From Schizochytrium sp. TIO01 (Eukaryota > Protista > Bigyra: Labyrinthulomycetes), in NCBI GenBank assembly GCA_004764695.1, contig SMSO01000032.1:2666001-2730000 (forward strand): a DNA stretch of 64,000 nt. Reading direction: 5' to 3'. Position 1 is the stretch's first letter, and each line of letters opens with the position of its first letter. This document shows positions 52,701 through 64,000 of the stretch, one piece after another. Position numbers and translations under genes: made by a program. Under the pieces are notes generated by a model. The model did no database searches. It had not been told where the DNA came from and was given only the letters and a program-made list of their open reading frames with translations.

Positions 52701-55700
52701 TGAAGAAGTAAAGGCAGTACAGTACCTCTGCAGGTAACTAAAACTAAAATAAGAAGTTGCTCTTCTACTACTCGTTCCAACAAAGTCAAGCAATCAAACA
52801 GGCTCGAGTGTCAATTGAGACGACTCGGTATTGTTCCAAGTTTTGCGAGGTATGATTCTCGAGGTACAGCGGAGTTTCCCACCTTCATTCCCGACGGATC
52901 AGCTTTGCTCATCATTCATATTCGATAATGTCTCCTGTATCCAAATAATCCAGGTCATCCTTAGCTAGCTAGGGTCTGACGCGAGATGCTGAAGCTAATG
53001 ACTTTCGTTTAACTGGTCCAAATGCAACGGAAAGTTCTACCTCACGTTGATAGGCAGATATATCCATTTACCTCAACTTCAAGTTGCAAAGAGTGCTTTG
53101 TCTTATAATGAGTTTTACTTTCCCCGCGCTATGTGCACTGTAGTACATCTACTGCTGTTATACTACCATAAATTTAAGGGGAGGATCATTAAAAATAAAA
53201 AGTAAAGCACAATCCAAGCTCGGGCAAGGTGGTACTATATTTTTTAAATTGGTCCTTGCTTGGGCTGCAAGAAAGACAAGACTCATTCCTCTTACTTTTA
53301 TTTTATTTTAAATGCTAGCATGTCAATGACTCAAAAACGGGCTTGAAAATGCATGGACAATTGCTAAACATTTCAAACCAGTTTTTCCTGGTTATTGTTT
53401 ATCTTTCATCAGTTTTAAAACATGAAATGAGAAGGATCAACCAAATTCAATCAAGAAGACTTTGCGTGGTGTATAGCTGGTCTTGTGCATTGCTATATAT
53501 GCACTGCTAAGTTGCCTTCCGCATGAGAGCTGGAAGAATCAATGCATACCTATCTTCACAATTACCTGCTTTAGAAATGTTTTCTGTAGGAAATTCAAAA
53601 GTGAAATTATGCATTTGTAAAAGGAATTCATCTTAAAGGAGGCATAAATCTACATTACTTTTATTCCAAAGGGAGAGACAACGCAATACACATTCAATTT
53701 CTCCCTTTGTTCATTCCTTTGCAAAGGGCATAGAGGGACCTGACAGAAATAATATCGAATTGTTCCCTTTATTAAATCGATAGGAGAGGAATGTAAGAAG
53801 AATATGTCAAAGAAAACAACTGTATGAATTTTAAAAAAGAAAATGGGTGTGAACGAACTTTCAACATATGTGTCCTGGGGTAAATTTTGTGTGAAAGAGT
53901 AAAACCTTTAGAATCAAGGTTGTATTTTCATGATGAGCAGTGTTGCAGGTCAGGTTGTGATAGCTTTCTTTATAACAGTGTTTTGTTGGTGCTTGTCTCA
54001 GTGGCTGACTCATTTTGAAAAAACAAAAAACAAAAAAACGCGACCGCACAGTACACCTGCTTAACCGAAAGTAAGAGTGCCATAATGATCAGCGCCAGTC
54101 CAAAGGCATTGCATTGCAGCTAAAATGTCTGGCTTAACAGAAGTACTTGAAGAAACGTGTTCTAACTTCTGAGATTGGACTTAGTTGCTAACTAGCCTCA
54201 GCAAGGGTATCAAACGCTGCCTATTTCAAAGAACGCACAAAATGAAGAGGCTCTCTCCCGATGCTGTCATGTAGCCATATATAAGAATATTCGGTAGAAG
54301 GATGTCATCAACACGTATCGGTGCCAATTTTATTCAAGTTTCAGCAAAACTTCTTAGTCTGCTCACATCATAGATTCGAGGGGTCTGAAAGGTTACCTAG
54401 ACTCTAAAACCAAATAGCGCCACAGCGCGGGCAGGCAGGCTTCCTGGATTCTGGGTCAATAGTCAACTGTTTACATAATTTTATTCTACATAAATGGTTA
54501 ATTTGAGGTTGCTTTAAAATGTAGCCTTTTGCACCAGAGTCTGACTGTGTACTGTATCCATACTAGAATTTTCAGTACTCAGTAAGCTTTCTTCCTAGAT
54601 GGATAAATGGCCTTATTTTTAGAGAAATAGAATAAACGAGTCGAACTCTTCGATAACTCTTACCTGCTCGAAGTCTTCCTTGCTGGCGATGTATGTCTAA
54701 TTTGATGTTGTATACCAATGCATCTAAAATAGATGAATTACAATTAAGTGCTGCTGAAAAGTCTTAAATACCTAGGTCTTGCAGAATGTCTTTGTAATGA
54801 AGTTTGGGGGAGAGATCCAAGTGAGTACCCCAGTTCGAAATAACTCAGTGGATATACAAACCGACGACTATTTCGCCTCTATCAGTCGCTTTTCGTCGTT
54901 TGTGCGCTCGTGTCTTTAAGATGGCGTTGCTACACCAACGTCATGATAAATCTAACTATTATCCTACCAGAAATAAGGAAAAAAGAAAAAAAATAAAGGA
55001 AAGGAGCACTTCGCTTGGCTTGCATGACATGAACAGATAAGACGTGGAAACTCATGGCGACAGTCAACTCGAGACTTCATTGCTCACTAGACCTACCGCC
55101 TTCTCCGGGCACTTTGCACATTTGTTCATTCGAAAACTTAATATAATTCATTTCCGCAAGGTGATCTTGTATCGTCAAATTAGTCTCTCATCCAAACGAA
55201 GCGGTGTGTCCAAGGATGATAAAGTGCAGAGGGCCAACTCAATCAATCTTGGCAGACTTTCAACTTTGTTTCGTCTAGCTCCGACCATGCCAAAATTGAA
55301 TAAAAAAATAATACAAAAACTGAGTGGCGAGTCTGGTTGTTTTTTCCCAGTTCTCACAACAGGTTAGGCTAGCTCCAAACGTAACGTAGGGAGCCGTGGA
55401 TTGAGGGACTTTCAGTTGGCCAGTGAAGAGAGCAACTAAAACCTGTTTTTGTCGGCATGGGGTAAGTTAACGCAAAACTCTCCATTGCATATACATAAAC
55501 ATAGACACATACAAACAAACAAAGAATGAAATAAGGAGGGACAAACATCTAACAACCTGGAGATTCGCAGCGTAGCCAAGCTAGCAGGCATTCGACCTTC
55601 CTACTGCTTGGTCTGACAGAATAATGTACTACTCACTTCAATCCAACTAGTTTAGTCAGTCAGCCAATCAATCCGTTTTGTTGCATCATGGTTTCAAGCA

Positions 55701-56224
55701 AGTGGGAAAAGAAGCGGACGCATAAGATCAGTAATTGAAATAAGTATAGAAGTACACCTCATTTTTCTTTTCATTTTCTTTTCTATAACAGACACTGTTA
55801 ACTTCTGCTTCATCTTTTTTGCTGGATGGGGCAATTTCGACAAACTCTACATTGTAATTTTTTCAAAATATCTCTTCTCACGGTATATGATGATCCGGGC
55901 CCATAAAATAAATAATACACCATGGCAGATTGAGTTTCGTTCTTTCGTATTGGTCTAGAAATTGTTATCCCATTTTAAATTTTATGTTGCTTTCTTTTCT
56001 TTTAATGCTGGAACACCTTATACCTACTGTTGCCCATACCAGCTCGAAGTTCTTTTTTAGTTTAATTTTAGTCCACTCAATACTTGTTTGTGTCTTATCT
56101 TTTTCTTTGATGTAATGATTAGTATTTTCTTTCCCACTAGACATGTTACTGGATAGCTAGGTACTACTTTTGAAGACTTTTGAATGAAAAAGAGAATAAA
56201 CTAGAGGTTGAGTGTGAGACGGCA

Positions 56225-56252
56225 AGGTCTTTCAGGTCTTTCAGGTCTTTCA
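56225..56252. repeat. (AGGTCTTTC)3 9-mer array
   Basis: Read directly; reverse complement is GAAAGACCT. Confidence 0.85.
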
Positions 56253-59200
56253 ATCTGAGTTATCTAATGAGATAGACTGAAGGACCGTTTTCAAAATGAG
56301 GTTTCACCAGAGCAGGGCAGTTTGTCTGCTCGAATTACCTGTTGCCGATATAGAGAGTCATAATGCCGGCAGATGAACCAGAATGACTTTCGATATTATT
56401 CTACAAAAAAAAGAAAATTGGAAAATAAAAAATATTGAAGATGTGAAGTAGAGTAGTGATCGTAGCAGCCAGCTCAACAAGTCCAAGCAACTGCCCAAAA
56501 CAGTGTTCTGCAAAGTCCCGTGAAGCTGCGCCTGCTGCCGGATGAAGCACGCGCGGCAGAAGACCCCTGTGTACGCTGGAAGTAGCAGCGCCACCAGCAA
56601 GGGCTCGTGTCCACCTAGCAGTGGATTCTTGGACTTTAGGGGGTTCTTAACTTCATTGCTCCACACCATCTGTTGCAACCCGCTTGCTCCTATTCTTTTA
56701 ATGGAAAGTTTCATTTTTAGAAAAATAGAATTAAATTTTATTACATCTAAGTATCTTGATCATCAATTATTAGTATTTCATTTTAACATTTTAATATATT
56801 AAAAAATTAACTGTTTATAGTCATTAGTTTGCTTTTATATATTTTAAATTAATGTTAATACTAATTAATTAATTAATTAATATTTATTCTTTTCGGAATA
56901 AATAATTATATACATATCAAAATTGCGAGAAGTTCTAACTGTTGACGATTTCGAGTGCGTGAGCTGCTATTGCAACCTGTTGGCCTATGTCGAGAACTCG
57001 TCCAGGGTCAGGATAGGCATTTGTTTTCCATAGCTTTCCCGCCCCACCTGCTCAGCTCACAAAAGGAAAGCAACTAGCTCTGGAAAGGAAGGGCGCAATA
57101 CTTCGTATTTCTCAACCACCGTTACCATCTATCTATCTGTAAGAAACAAGTCACCATGGCACGGAGAGGATGGGTAGCGGGAGCAAGCAAGTCTTCATCG
57201 TGGCCTACTACGAGATAGAGATGAGTTCACAGAACCAAACGGAGATGGGCGTCGAGCTTCATCGGAGCTGGTGGCATTTGAGAAACTCGAAGCCTGAGTT
57301 GGAGAGCTCTGCTGACATCGCGCAGGTGCCGCGATCCGCCAGTACCTCGAAACCTGGAAAAGAAGTGCTGCGGGGGCCATCCTACACGCTGTGGGCGCTT
57401 AGTTGCCTGGAAAGTAGAGGCATGTAAAGCCAGCTGCTTCTAGTTTCAAGGCAAAGTGATGTGGGGGCACATTCCGTCGGTTGGTCGCTGGTTTGATTAC
57501 CTTACAAGATGCAACCCAAAAGGGAAGCAAGCAGCAATTACTTACTTACTTAAACAAAACGCCAAGTGGCGTTGGGGTGGAAGACACGGCCAAGACGCGA
57601 CAAGAACGCGAGACAGCCAGTCCCTGTGCGAGGGAAAAACATGCACCCATGCAGTTGCGTTGCATCTGCGTGAGGTGTTCTCGTACTTCTCGTGCAAGCG
57701 CGGCCCTACGACGGGAATTTCCATTTAGGGATAGAATAACTGATGTGTGATGCATGCAGCCCAAATTATTGTCAATCAAGTGGCGAGAGAGTTGGAAAGC
57801 ATTGCAATTTGCCAATATCCGAGTTTAATACAGTAATTTGATTGAAGAAGATCGTAGGTGCCCAAAAATTTCCCTAATCATCGGACTTCACTTGATTTTG
57901 CAAAAACAGCTGAGACGAGACGAATTTGTTTCAACGTTTCAGGAAGAAAGCCTCGAAACCTAATTTGGTGAGATCTTCACTAAATTGTTGTCAATAATTT
58001 TAAACCGGAGTTTGGTAATAGACGGAAGTAAAATTGAAGTTACCGAAAGTGTATACCGGCTCAACGTTGGGCATTACCATAGGCTTACCCAAGCACAACA
58101 AATAGACAGTTGTCGGAAAAGCGAATTTCTTCAATAGATTCCTGATGGGATATTCGATTTCACAAACTCAAACTTGGAGCCATAAATATCCTGATCTGAT
58201 TCATGCTGCATTTTACTGCCGAGAATTTCGCTACTTCAGTCTTGCAATAGCCTGCAGTAATAAAATGCGATAGAATAGACAGGTCCTAATGGGTAAAATT
58301 ATGGTCCCGACAGATATTTGAAGCATTTGAGTGACTCTTTTGAGCCTACTTCTTGCCAAAGTTGCTTGGAGGTAAAGACTTTCCATAACACATTTACGAA
58401 AACAGCAATAAGAAATACAAAAAAAAAAAAAAAAAAAGATAAACTTGACAGATTGAAATCAGAACGCTTGGAAGCAAAGTGACTATACCTTAGCTGCCAT
58501 GAAATTTTTGTATTGACTAATGGGCAGACACTTATGTTGAAGATTCTGGCTACGCTGACATTCTGCATATTCTGAAGCCAAGGCTGTTGAAAGGTTACCT
58601 GGACAGCAAGGACAATGGAAGCGCCATTCAGCAAATTCGCCACCACAGAGCGTTTGTATAATTTATATTATGTTTACTTGCAATGTGGGACCGATGCAGA
58701 AACTTCAAAGTTAACTATTGATCTCTGCACCCAACTAGATCATACCACCTTGTGTAAAAACGCTGAAATGGAAGGACATAACAAAAAAACAATCACTTTA
58801 AAAACTGCAAGGGACAAACTGAGTACAGTGGTATATAGGCACAAGTGCAAGGCTTTGCTGTTTCCTGCATAAAGCTTTCGTCGATCAGTAACCCATTGCC
58901 CAAGCTCGAAGTAGAGCTGACATTTAGCTATGTTATTTTCTCTTTTTCTTCTTCTTCTTCTTATTTTGATTCCAGATAAAATATTAATATTTCTTCTGCA
59001 TGCAAGAAATGGTGAAGCCCGCACTCGTAGAATCAACCACGTTCAATGCAGCAATCCAATCGGTGCAGCAAATGACAGAAACACTTCGCGAGCTCCTCAA
59101 TCTAGCCTAATAACACTTTTGATTTACTCTGGCCACCACAACCACCCGAAGGAACACCGTTTTCTTGCGAATAAAGCGGCGATGGAGAACCTGAACAATG

Positions 59201-60265
59201 CATTGAGGTAGTAGTATTAACTAAGGGCATCCAAAACTCACTCAACGACTCTTTGACGAACCGACACCAATTACTCTACTTTAGATACTCCATAGTTCCA
59301 GCAAATGGATAAATTTAAAACATCGGGTCGTGCAAATGAACTTGGAAACCTAGAAGAACATCGCAAAGAAAAACATCGCAAATAGAAGCTCGCACGTAAA
59401 TTTGGCAGTAAAAGAATGGCCAGGATTAGAATTCAAGCAAGAAAAAGCAAATATTTCTCTACCGTGCCTCCGCTTCCGCATTGATGGGGCAATAAGTGTT
59501 TATGAATGATCTAAGTATCGTTTCGCAGGAGTCATCTACCTGCGCGAGAACAGGCTTTTTTTTTTTCCTGTTTTTTAAAATGTTTTTAAGATGCCTGAAC
59601 TTGTCATAACTCACAGGGTATGTTGACACTTTAATCCAAAAATAGAGTATCAGTGACAAAACAAAAGAAAATTTGCCGAAAAGCCTTCTTTCTCCGTCAA
59701 TTGCTTTCAGATGCATGTAACTTGAACGGCGCAAGCAGTAATCTTCAGTACTCTCGAAGGATCGTCGAGCAGATAAAACTTTTTCGCAATAGTTTTTCCT
59801 CTTTTTTACTTATAAGTTAGAATAGTTTCTTTTTATTTTATTTGATTTTATCAAACCTTTTAAAATAAATAACTTCAGATGCTTTGGGGAAGCAGAAGGA
59901 CATCGAAAACTAACTGTTCGCTCGTATGGTCTCTCTACCAATCATAGGTGCCATGGCTCCATCCGCACAAAGTGGTCTGCCTCCTTTGCAGCAAGGCCCC
60001 TCGCAAATGGCGAGCTGCCAGCCAAAGCAATCGAGCACGCGTGGCTGCAATATTTCTCATAGAAGACGTAAGAATGTAAGCACATCGAACGTCAATTTCC
60101 AGCCACAGAGATTCGATGAAATGCCATGGGTATGCGCAAAGCATCGCAGTTTGGTGGACCGCTCTCCGCATACATGGCATCAGCTCTGCAATGGATGTAT
60201 GCATCGATCCATTAATTCATACATCCATAAACGTATTCGCTCATTCGCTCATTCGTTCATTCGCT

Positions 60266-60440
60266 AATGAATGAATGAATGAATGAATGAATGAATGAAT
60301 GAATGAATGAATGAATGAATGAATGAATGAATGAATGAATGAATGAATGCATAAATGAATGAATGAATGAATGAATGAATGAATGAATGAATGAATGAAT
60401 GAATGAATGAATGAATGAATGAATGAATGAATGAATGAAT
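60266..60440. repeat. (AATG)n microsatellite
   Basis: About 43 units with one interruption. Confidence 0.95.
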
Positions 60441-61347
60441 GTGCTTGGTCCTGCTTGGGCACCAGACACGAGGCCACGTTACAGACAGGGTCAGTAGGTT
60501 AGTCATGCTTATGCAATGTACCGTCGACTTTGTTTGCACTGCGTGCTGACAACCAGATCGACCGCTCGTTGCCGCGAGAGGAGCTCTCCGCCAGTCCACT
60601 CAGCCAGCTCTTTCTAGCCGCGCCCCTGGTTTATTGCGCACAGAATTCTTGTATGACACTATGAGCAGCATGGCTACCCTCACAAAGTACCCCCTTTGGT
60701 TTGGGCGCTGGCGCGTGGAGTATGAGAGAGATGGCGCCTGATCGCCCCACAATGGGGGGCACGGCAAACGTCGATTGCAAGTCGATGGATTGCTCGAAAT
60801 ACTGTGTCCGCAGATCGATATTGCCGGACTGCTCGTGCGGTCGGCAGCGAGAAGAGAGCGTAGCGAAGAAACAGCTTGGCAGAAGCAGCAGAGAGCGGCT
60901 CGAGGGGCGGCGAGCGTGGAGGAAGACCTTTGCAAGGAGACGTCGCGGGGAGCGAGAGGAAAAGCCGCAAGCCACGAGCGAGCGAGCGAAAGCGAGGCTG
61001 TTCGGGACCTAGGCTCTCGTTCTTTTGATTGTTTCTTCTTTTCCTTTCTCTTTCTTTTTCTCTTTCTCTTTCTTTTTCTCTTTTTCTTTTGATTGTTTTC
61101 TGTTTTCAAATCCCTTTTTGTTTATTTGCTGGCTGACCTTTCGTTTACTTTCTAGATCTATCAATATATTATTACGCATCCATCTATCATAATCAATTTA
61201 GAGCTGGAGAAGAATAAAAAAGAGAAGACCAGAAGGAAGGAAAAGGGCTCAGCAAACAGAAAATAAAGAAGCTAAGAGACAAAGCGTGAGTGACACAGCA
61301 CGAGAAAGCAAAGGAGAAAGATTGATTCGTTCGTTCCAGTGAAAGAG

Positions 61348-61383
61348 CGAAAGACTCGAAAGACTCGAAAGACTTGAAAGACC
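61348..61383. repeat. (CGAAAGACT)4 9-mer array
   Basis: Read directly; about 570 bp upstream of the kinase ATG. Confidence 0.85.
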
Positions 61384-61386
61384 CAG

Positions 61387-61451
61387 CACTCACTCACTCA
61401 CTCACTTACTCACTCACTCACTCACTTACTCACTTAATTAATTAATTACTA

Positions 61452-61495
<44 letters not shown>

Positions 61496-61512
61496 GTTAG
61501 TTAGTTAGTTAG
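61387..61512. repeat. (CACT)n-(TAAT)n-(TAGT)n compound microsatellite
   Basis: Read directly. Confidence 0.9.
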
Positions 61513-61946
61513 TAGTAGTTGGTATAGCGAACTAGCTAGCTACCAGCTCATACTCAATCGGCCTAAGCAAAGAGGAAAAGCGAAAGACCCGCGGCGCGTA
61601 AAGTCACAACTGGCTGGCACTGAGTGAAGTGGCCACGGTAGTGGCGTACGCAGCGAGGCAGGGCGACACGGAGGACGAGCTCGAGAAGCAGTATATCGAC
61701 TGCAGCGGTAAACTGCTTGATTGAATCAGGGGATTAGTTATTCTTGATCAATCGATTTAGTGATCGAGTGAAATTTTGATATATTAGTAAATTAAGCGGC
61801 GCGAGAGGGCTCCGTCCGGCACATAGGGCGGGGTGAAACTCTGAAAGGACTGTCCTGGTAGAGTCTCGTCTTATTCGCAAGGCGTACGCTGGAGCGCACG
61901 TGGAGCTTGCACGAGATAATATATATTTTGGTTGGAGTACAACATA

Positions 61947-63377
61947 ATGCAAAAGTCGGGAGAAACAACGGCAAGCGAAGAAGTTGTACCGACATTCCGG
62001 CGCGGCGAAGGCGAGCACAGGGGTGGGGCAGGAAGGAATGCGTCCGCTGCCGCGTCGGGAATGAGAACAACCACAGGCATGAATCAGAAACGCACCTTCA
62101 ATGAAAATGGGGAGAAAGGTATAGACTACATTTCGGGGAGCATGGCTGCTCTTACGATGGAGCAACAGGAACAGTACAAACTTGAGGAGATCAGGCAGCA
62201 ACAGGAGTATCAGCAGTGCGACAAGGCCATTGTGAAGCTGACTGCCTTCTTGGCAGAAGGAAGCAGTGGCCGCGTGGCGCTCGCAAAATGGGCTGATGCT
62301 GCGGCACAAACAGACGAGGAGTCCCTCGGCGAACCCAAATCAACACAAAGCGCATCCCTCGAGGAAGAAGAACAGAAGACTTTTGCCGGAAGTAGCGCTA
62401 GCATCACATCCTTCAGCGGTGATGGCGACACTGGCTCGAGCAGTGACAAAGAGGAGGATGCGGGGCCCCATAGCGTGCTCTTCAGGAAGCGCATGCGAGA
62501 GCTCCTTTCTGCATATCCGAGTGAGCTCCATGTACTTCGTCCACGCAGTGTAAATAAAGACCACGCCTTTGCACTTAAGATCATTGATCTGAAGGACCAT
62601 GGATTGCTTAGCACACCACCCCAAATCCAGGTCGAAATGGACATCATGCGAAAGCTCAGCCTCTGCACCGAAAAAAATCCATTTGTCGTGGACTTTCTCT
62701 TTGCCGAGACCATTGGCCCACGCGCCTATATTGGCATGGGGGTTTGCTCTGGTGGCGACTTGTTTACACTCCTCAGTTATGAAACCCTCAAACCTGCTGA
62801 AGTCCTGTTTTACGCTGTTGAGATGGCCCTTGGCCTTCAGCATCTCCACGATAATTATATTATCCACGGAGATCTGAAACCTGAAAACATTGCTCTCAAC
62901 TGTCATGGTCATGTTCGACTAATTGACTTTGGGCTCTCTGTACACTTGGATCCGACCAGGGACCTGAACCGGCTGAATGGTCGCTGTGAAGTCATGACAC
63001 AGTCTGGAACACTTCCTTACTGCGCTCCTGAGATTATGAATCGCCGAAAACATGGCGTCGAGACCGATTGGTGGAGCTATGCTGTCATCCTTTTTGAGAT
63101 GCTTTTTGAATGCTTGCCCTGGTACTCAGAGGATGACCAAGAAACGTGTAGCTTAATCTGTGCAGCACCTCTTGAGCCACCATCAGGTGTAAGCATCGAG
63201 CCTCGGTGCTTTGACCTCATCGAGCGTCTTCTCGTGAAAAAGCGCGAGGCCCGCTTAGGATTTGCCACAGGCCTTGAGGAAATCAAAGCGCATCGCTTCT
63301 TTAAGCGAGTAGATTGGACCAAAGCCCTTCAGCAAAAATACCGCGCTCCTTTCATTCTCGAAAGCTCCTTTGCATGA
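61947..63377 (+). CDS. Atypical AGC-family Ser/Thr kinase (RSK/S6K/SGK-like)
   Basis: Motifs FALK, HGDLKPEN, DFG, GTLPYCAPE, DWWS and HRFFKRVDW...APF. The track start at 61932 is TTG; the first ATG is 61947. Confidence 0.9.
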   Translation: MQKSGETTASEEVVPTFRRGEGEHRGGAGRNASAAASGMRTTTGMNQKRTFNENGEKGIDYISGSMAALTMEQQEQYKLEEIRQQQEYQQCDKAIVKLTAFLAEGSSGRVALAKWADAAAQTDEESLGEPKSTQSASLEEEEQKTFAGSSASITSFSGDGDTGSSSDKEEDAGPHSVLFRKRMRELLSAYPSELHVLRPRSVNKDHAFALKIIDLKDHGLLSTPPQIQVEMDIMRKLSLCTEKNPFVVDFLFAETIGPRAYIGMGVCSGGDLFTLLSYETLKPAEVLFYAVEMALGLQHLHDNYIIHGDLKPENIALNCHGHVRLIDFGLSVHLDPTRDLNRLNGRCEVMTQSGTLPYCAPEIMNRRKHGVETDWWSYAVILFEMLFECLPWYSEDDQETCSLICAAPLEPPSGVSIEPRCFDLIERLLVKKREARLGFATGLEEIKAHRFFKRVDWTKALQQKYRAPFILESSFA

Positions 63378-64000
63378 ACACCACCACCACCACCACACCC
63401 GTATATTATTTTCACACTACGTTGTTTCAATTGATGTTTTCAAATAACACACATTTCTTATATGTCACCTCATTTATTGTTCTATTTTACCCTTTTCGCA
63501 TAGATGAGCGTCCGAAGGCCCTTTTTTAAAAGAATAATATTCTTCTTTTGCTTTTTTGCCACTTTTTTGTTTCGCGTCTTTTAGAAAATACTCTGAATGA
63601 ACAGGATAAGTTGACAACGAGCTCAACGTACTTCATCAGCCAGAGACTATTGCTATAAATCCTTTTTGTAAAGTTCAAACACTCATGAACTTGAATGCTG
63701 GCTGCAAACTTGCGCAAAAGAGTAAATGAAACCCGCGTTAAAATAATGTACATGTTTTCTTAATCAGTGCTATTCTCATATATCTCAAAGAAATGATCCA
63801 GCGTGGGCATGAAATAGGTACCTTCTCATCTTATCTTCTCAACTCATTAGTTTGATCAAAGGGGAAAGGCCAGGTTTTAAAAGCTTTTGGGGCGCTAGCA
63901 AGTAGGGTTTCGCTAGAAACTTGGTATTTGTCATTGCATTGACGAACACTTGTATGAGTTAATGCGCAAGACCCTTGCGATGAATTGTCATCCACTTTAT

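Noticed and set aside
60241-61109. ORFs of 70-170 aa upstream of the kinase
   Set aside because: Derived from (AATG)n and TC-rich tracts or GC-rich promoter DNA; no protein features.

Overview
Eukaryotic nuclear DNA that is intron-poor and very rich in microsatellites. The gene set and sequence style suggest a flagellated protist, most likely a thraustochytrid/labyrinthulomycete stramenopile (inference). Ten protein-coding genes are supported: a 1574-aa coiled-coil protein, a tail-anchored carboxylate-clamp TPR protein, a TMEM145/GPR180-like 7TM protein, an ADCY10-type soluble adenylyl cyclase whose 5' end is split over two frames, an ARM-repeat protein, a spliced TMEM107, a single-chain cNMP-dependent kinase with PKA-type signatures, a DUF4804/MavL-like protein, a Yme2/RNA12-like AAA+ ATPase and an atypical AGC kinase. 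Two long stretches with no credible gene (about 14.1-37.0 kb and 49.7-61.9 kb) each lie 5' of a signalling gene. They are mosaics of GC-richer islands and simple repeats and share a recurrent YGAAAGAC motif. The best candidate system is a bicarbonate-cAMP signalling neighbourhood (cyclase, fused PKA-R/C-like kinase, 7TM protein, ciliary gate protein); functional linkage is only a hypothesis. No rRNA, tRNA, CRISPR array or intact mobile element was seen. All family assignments come from motifs recognised by eye, without database searches.
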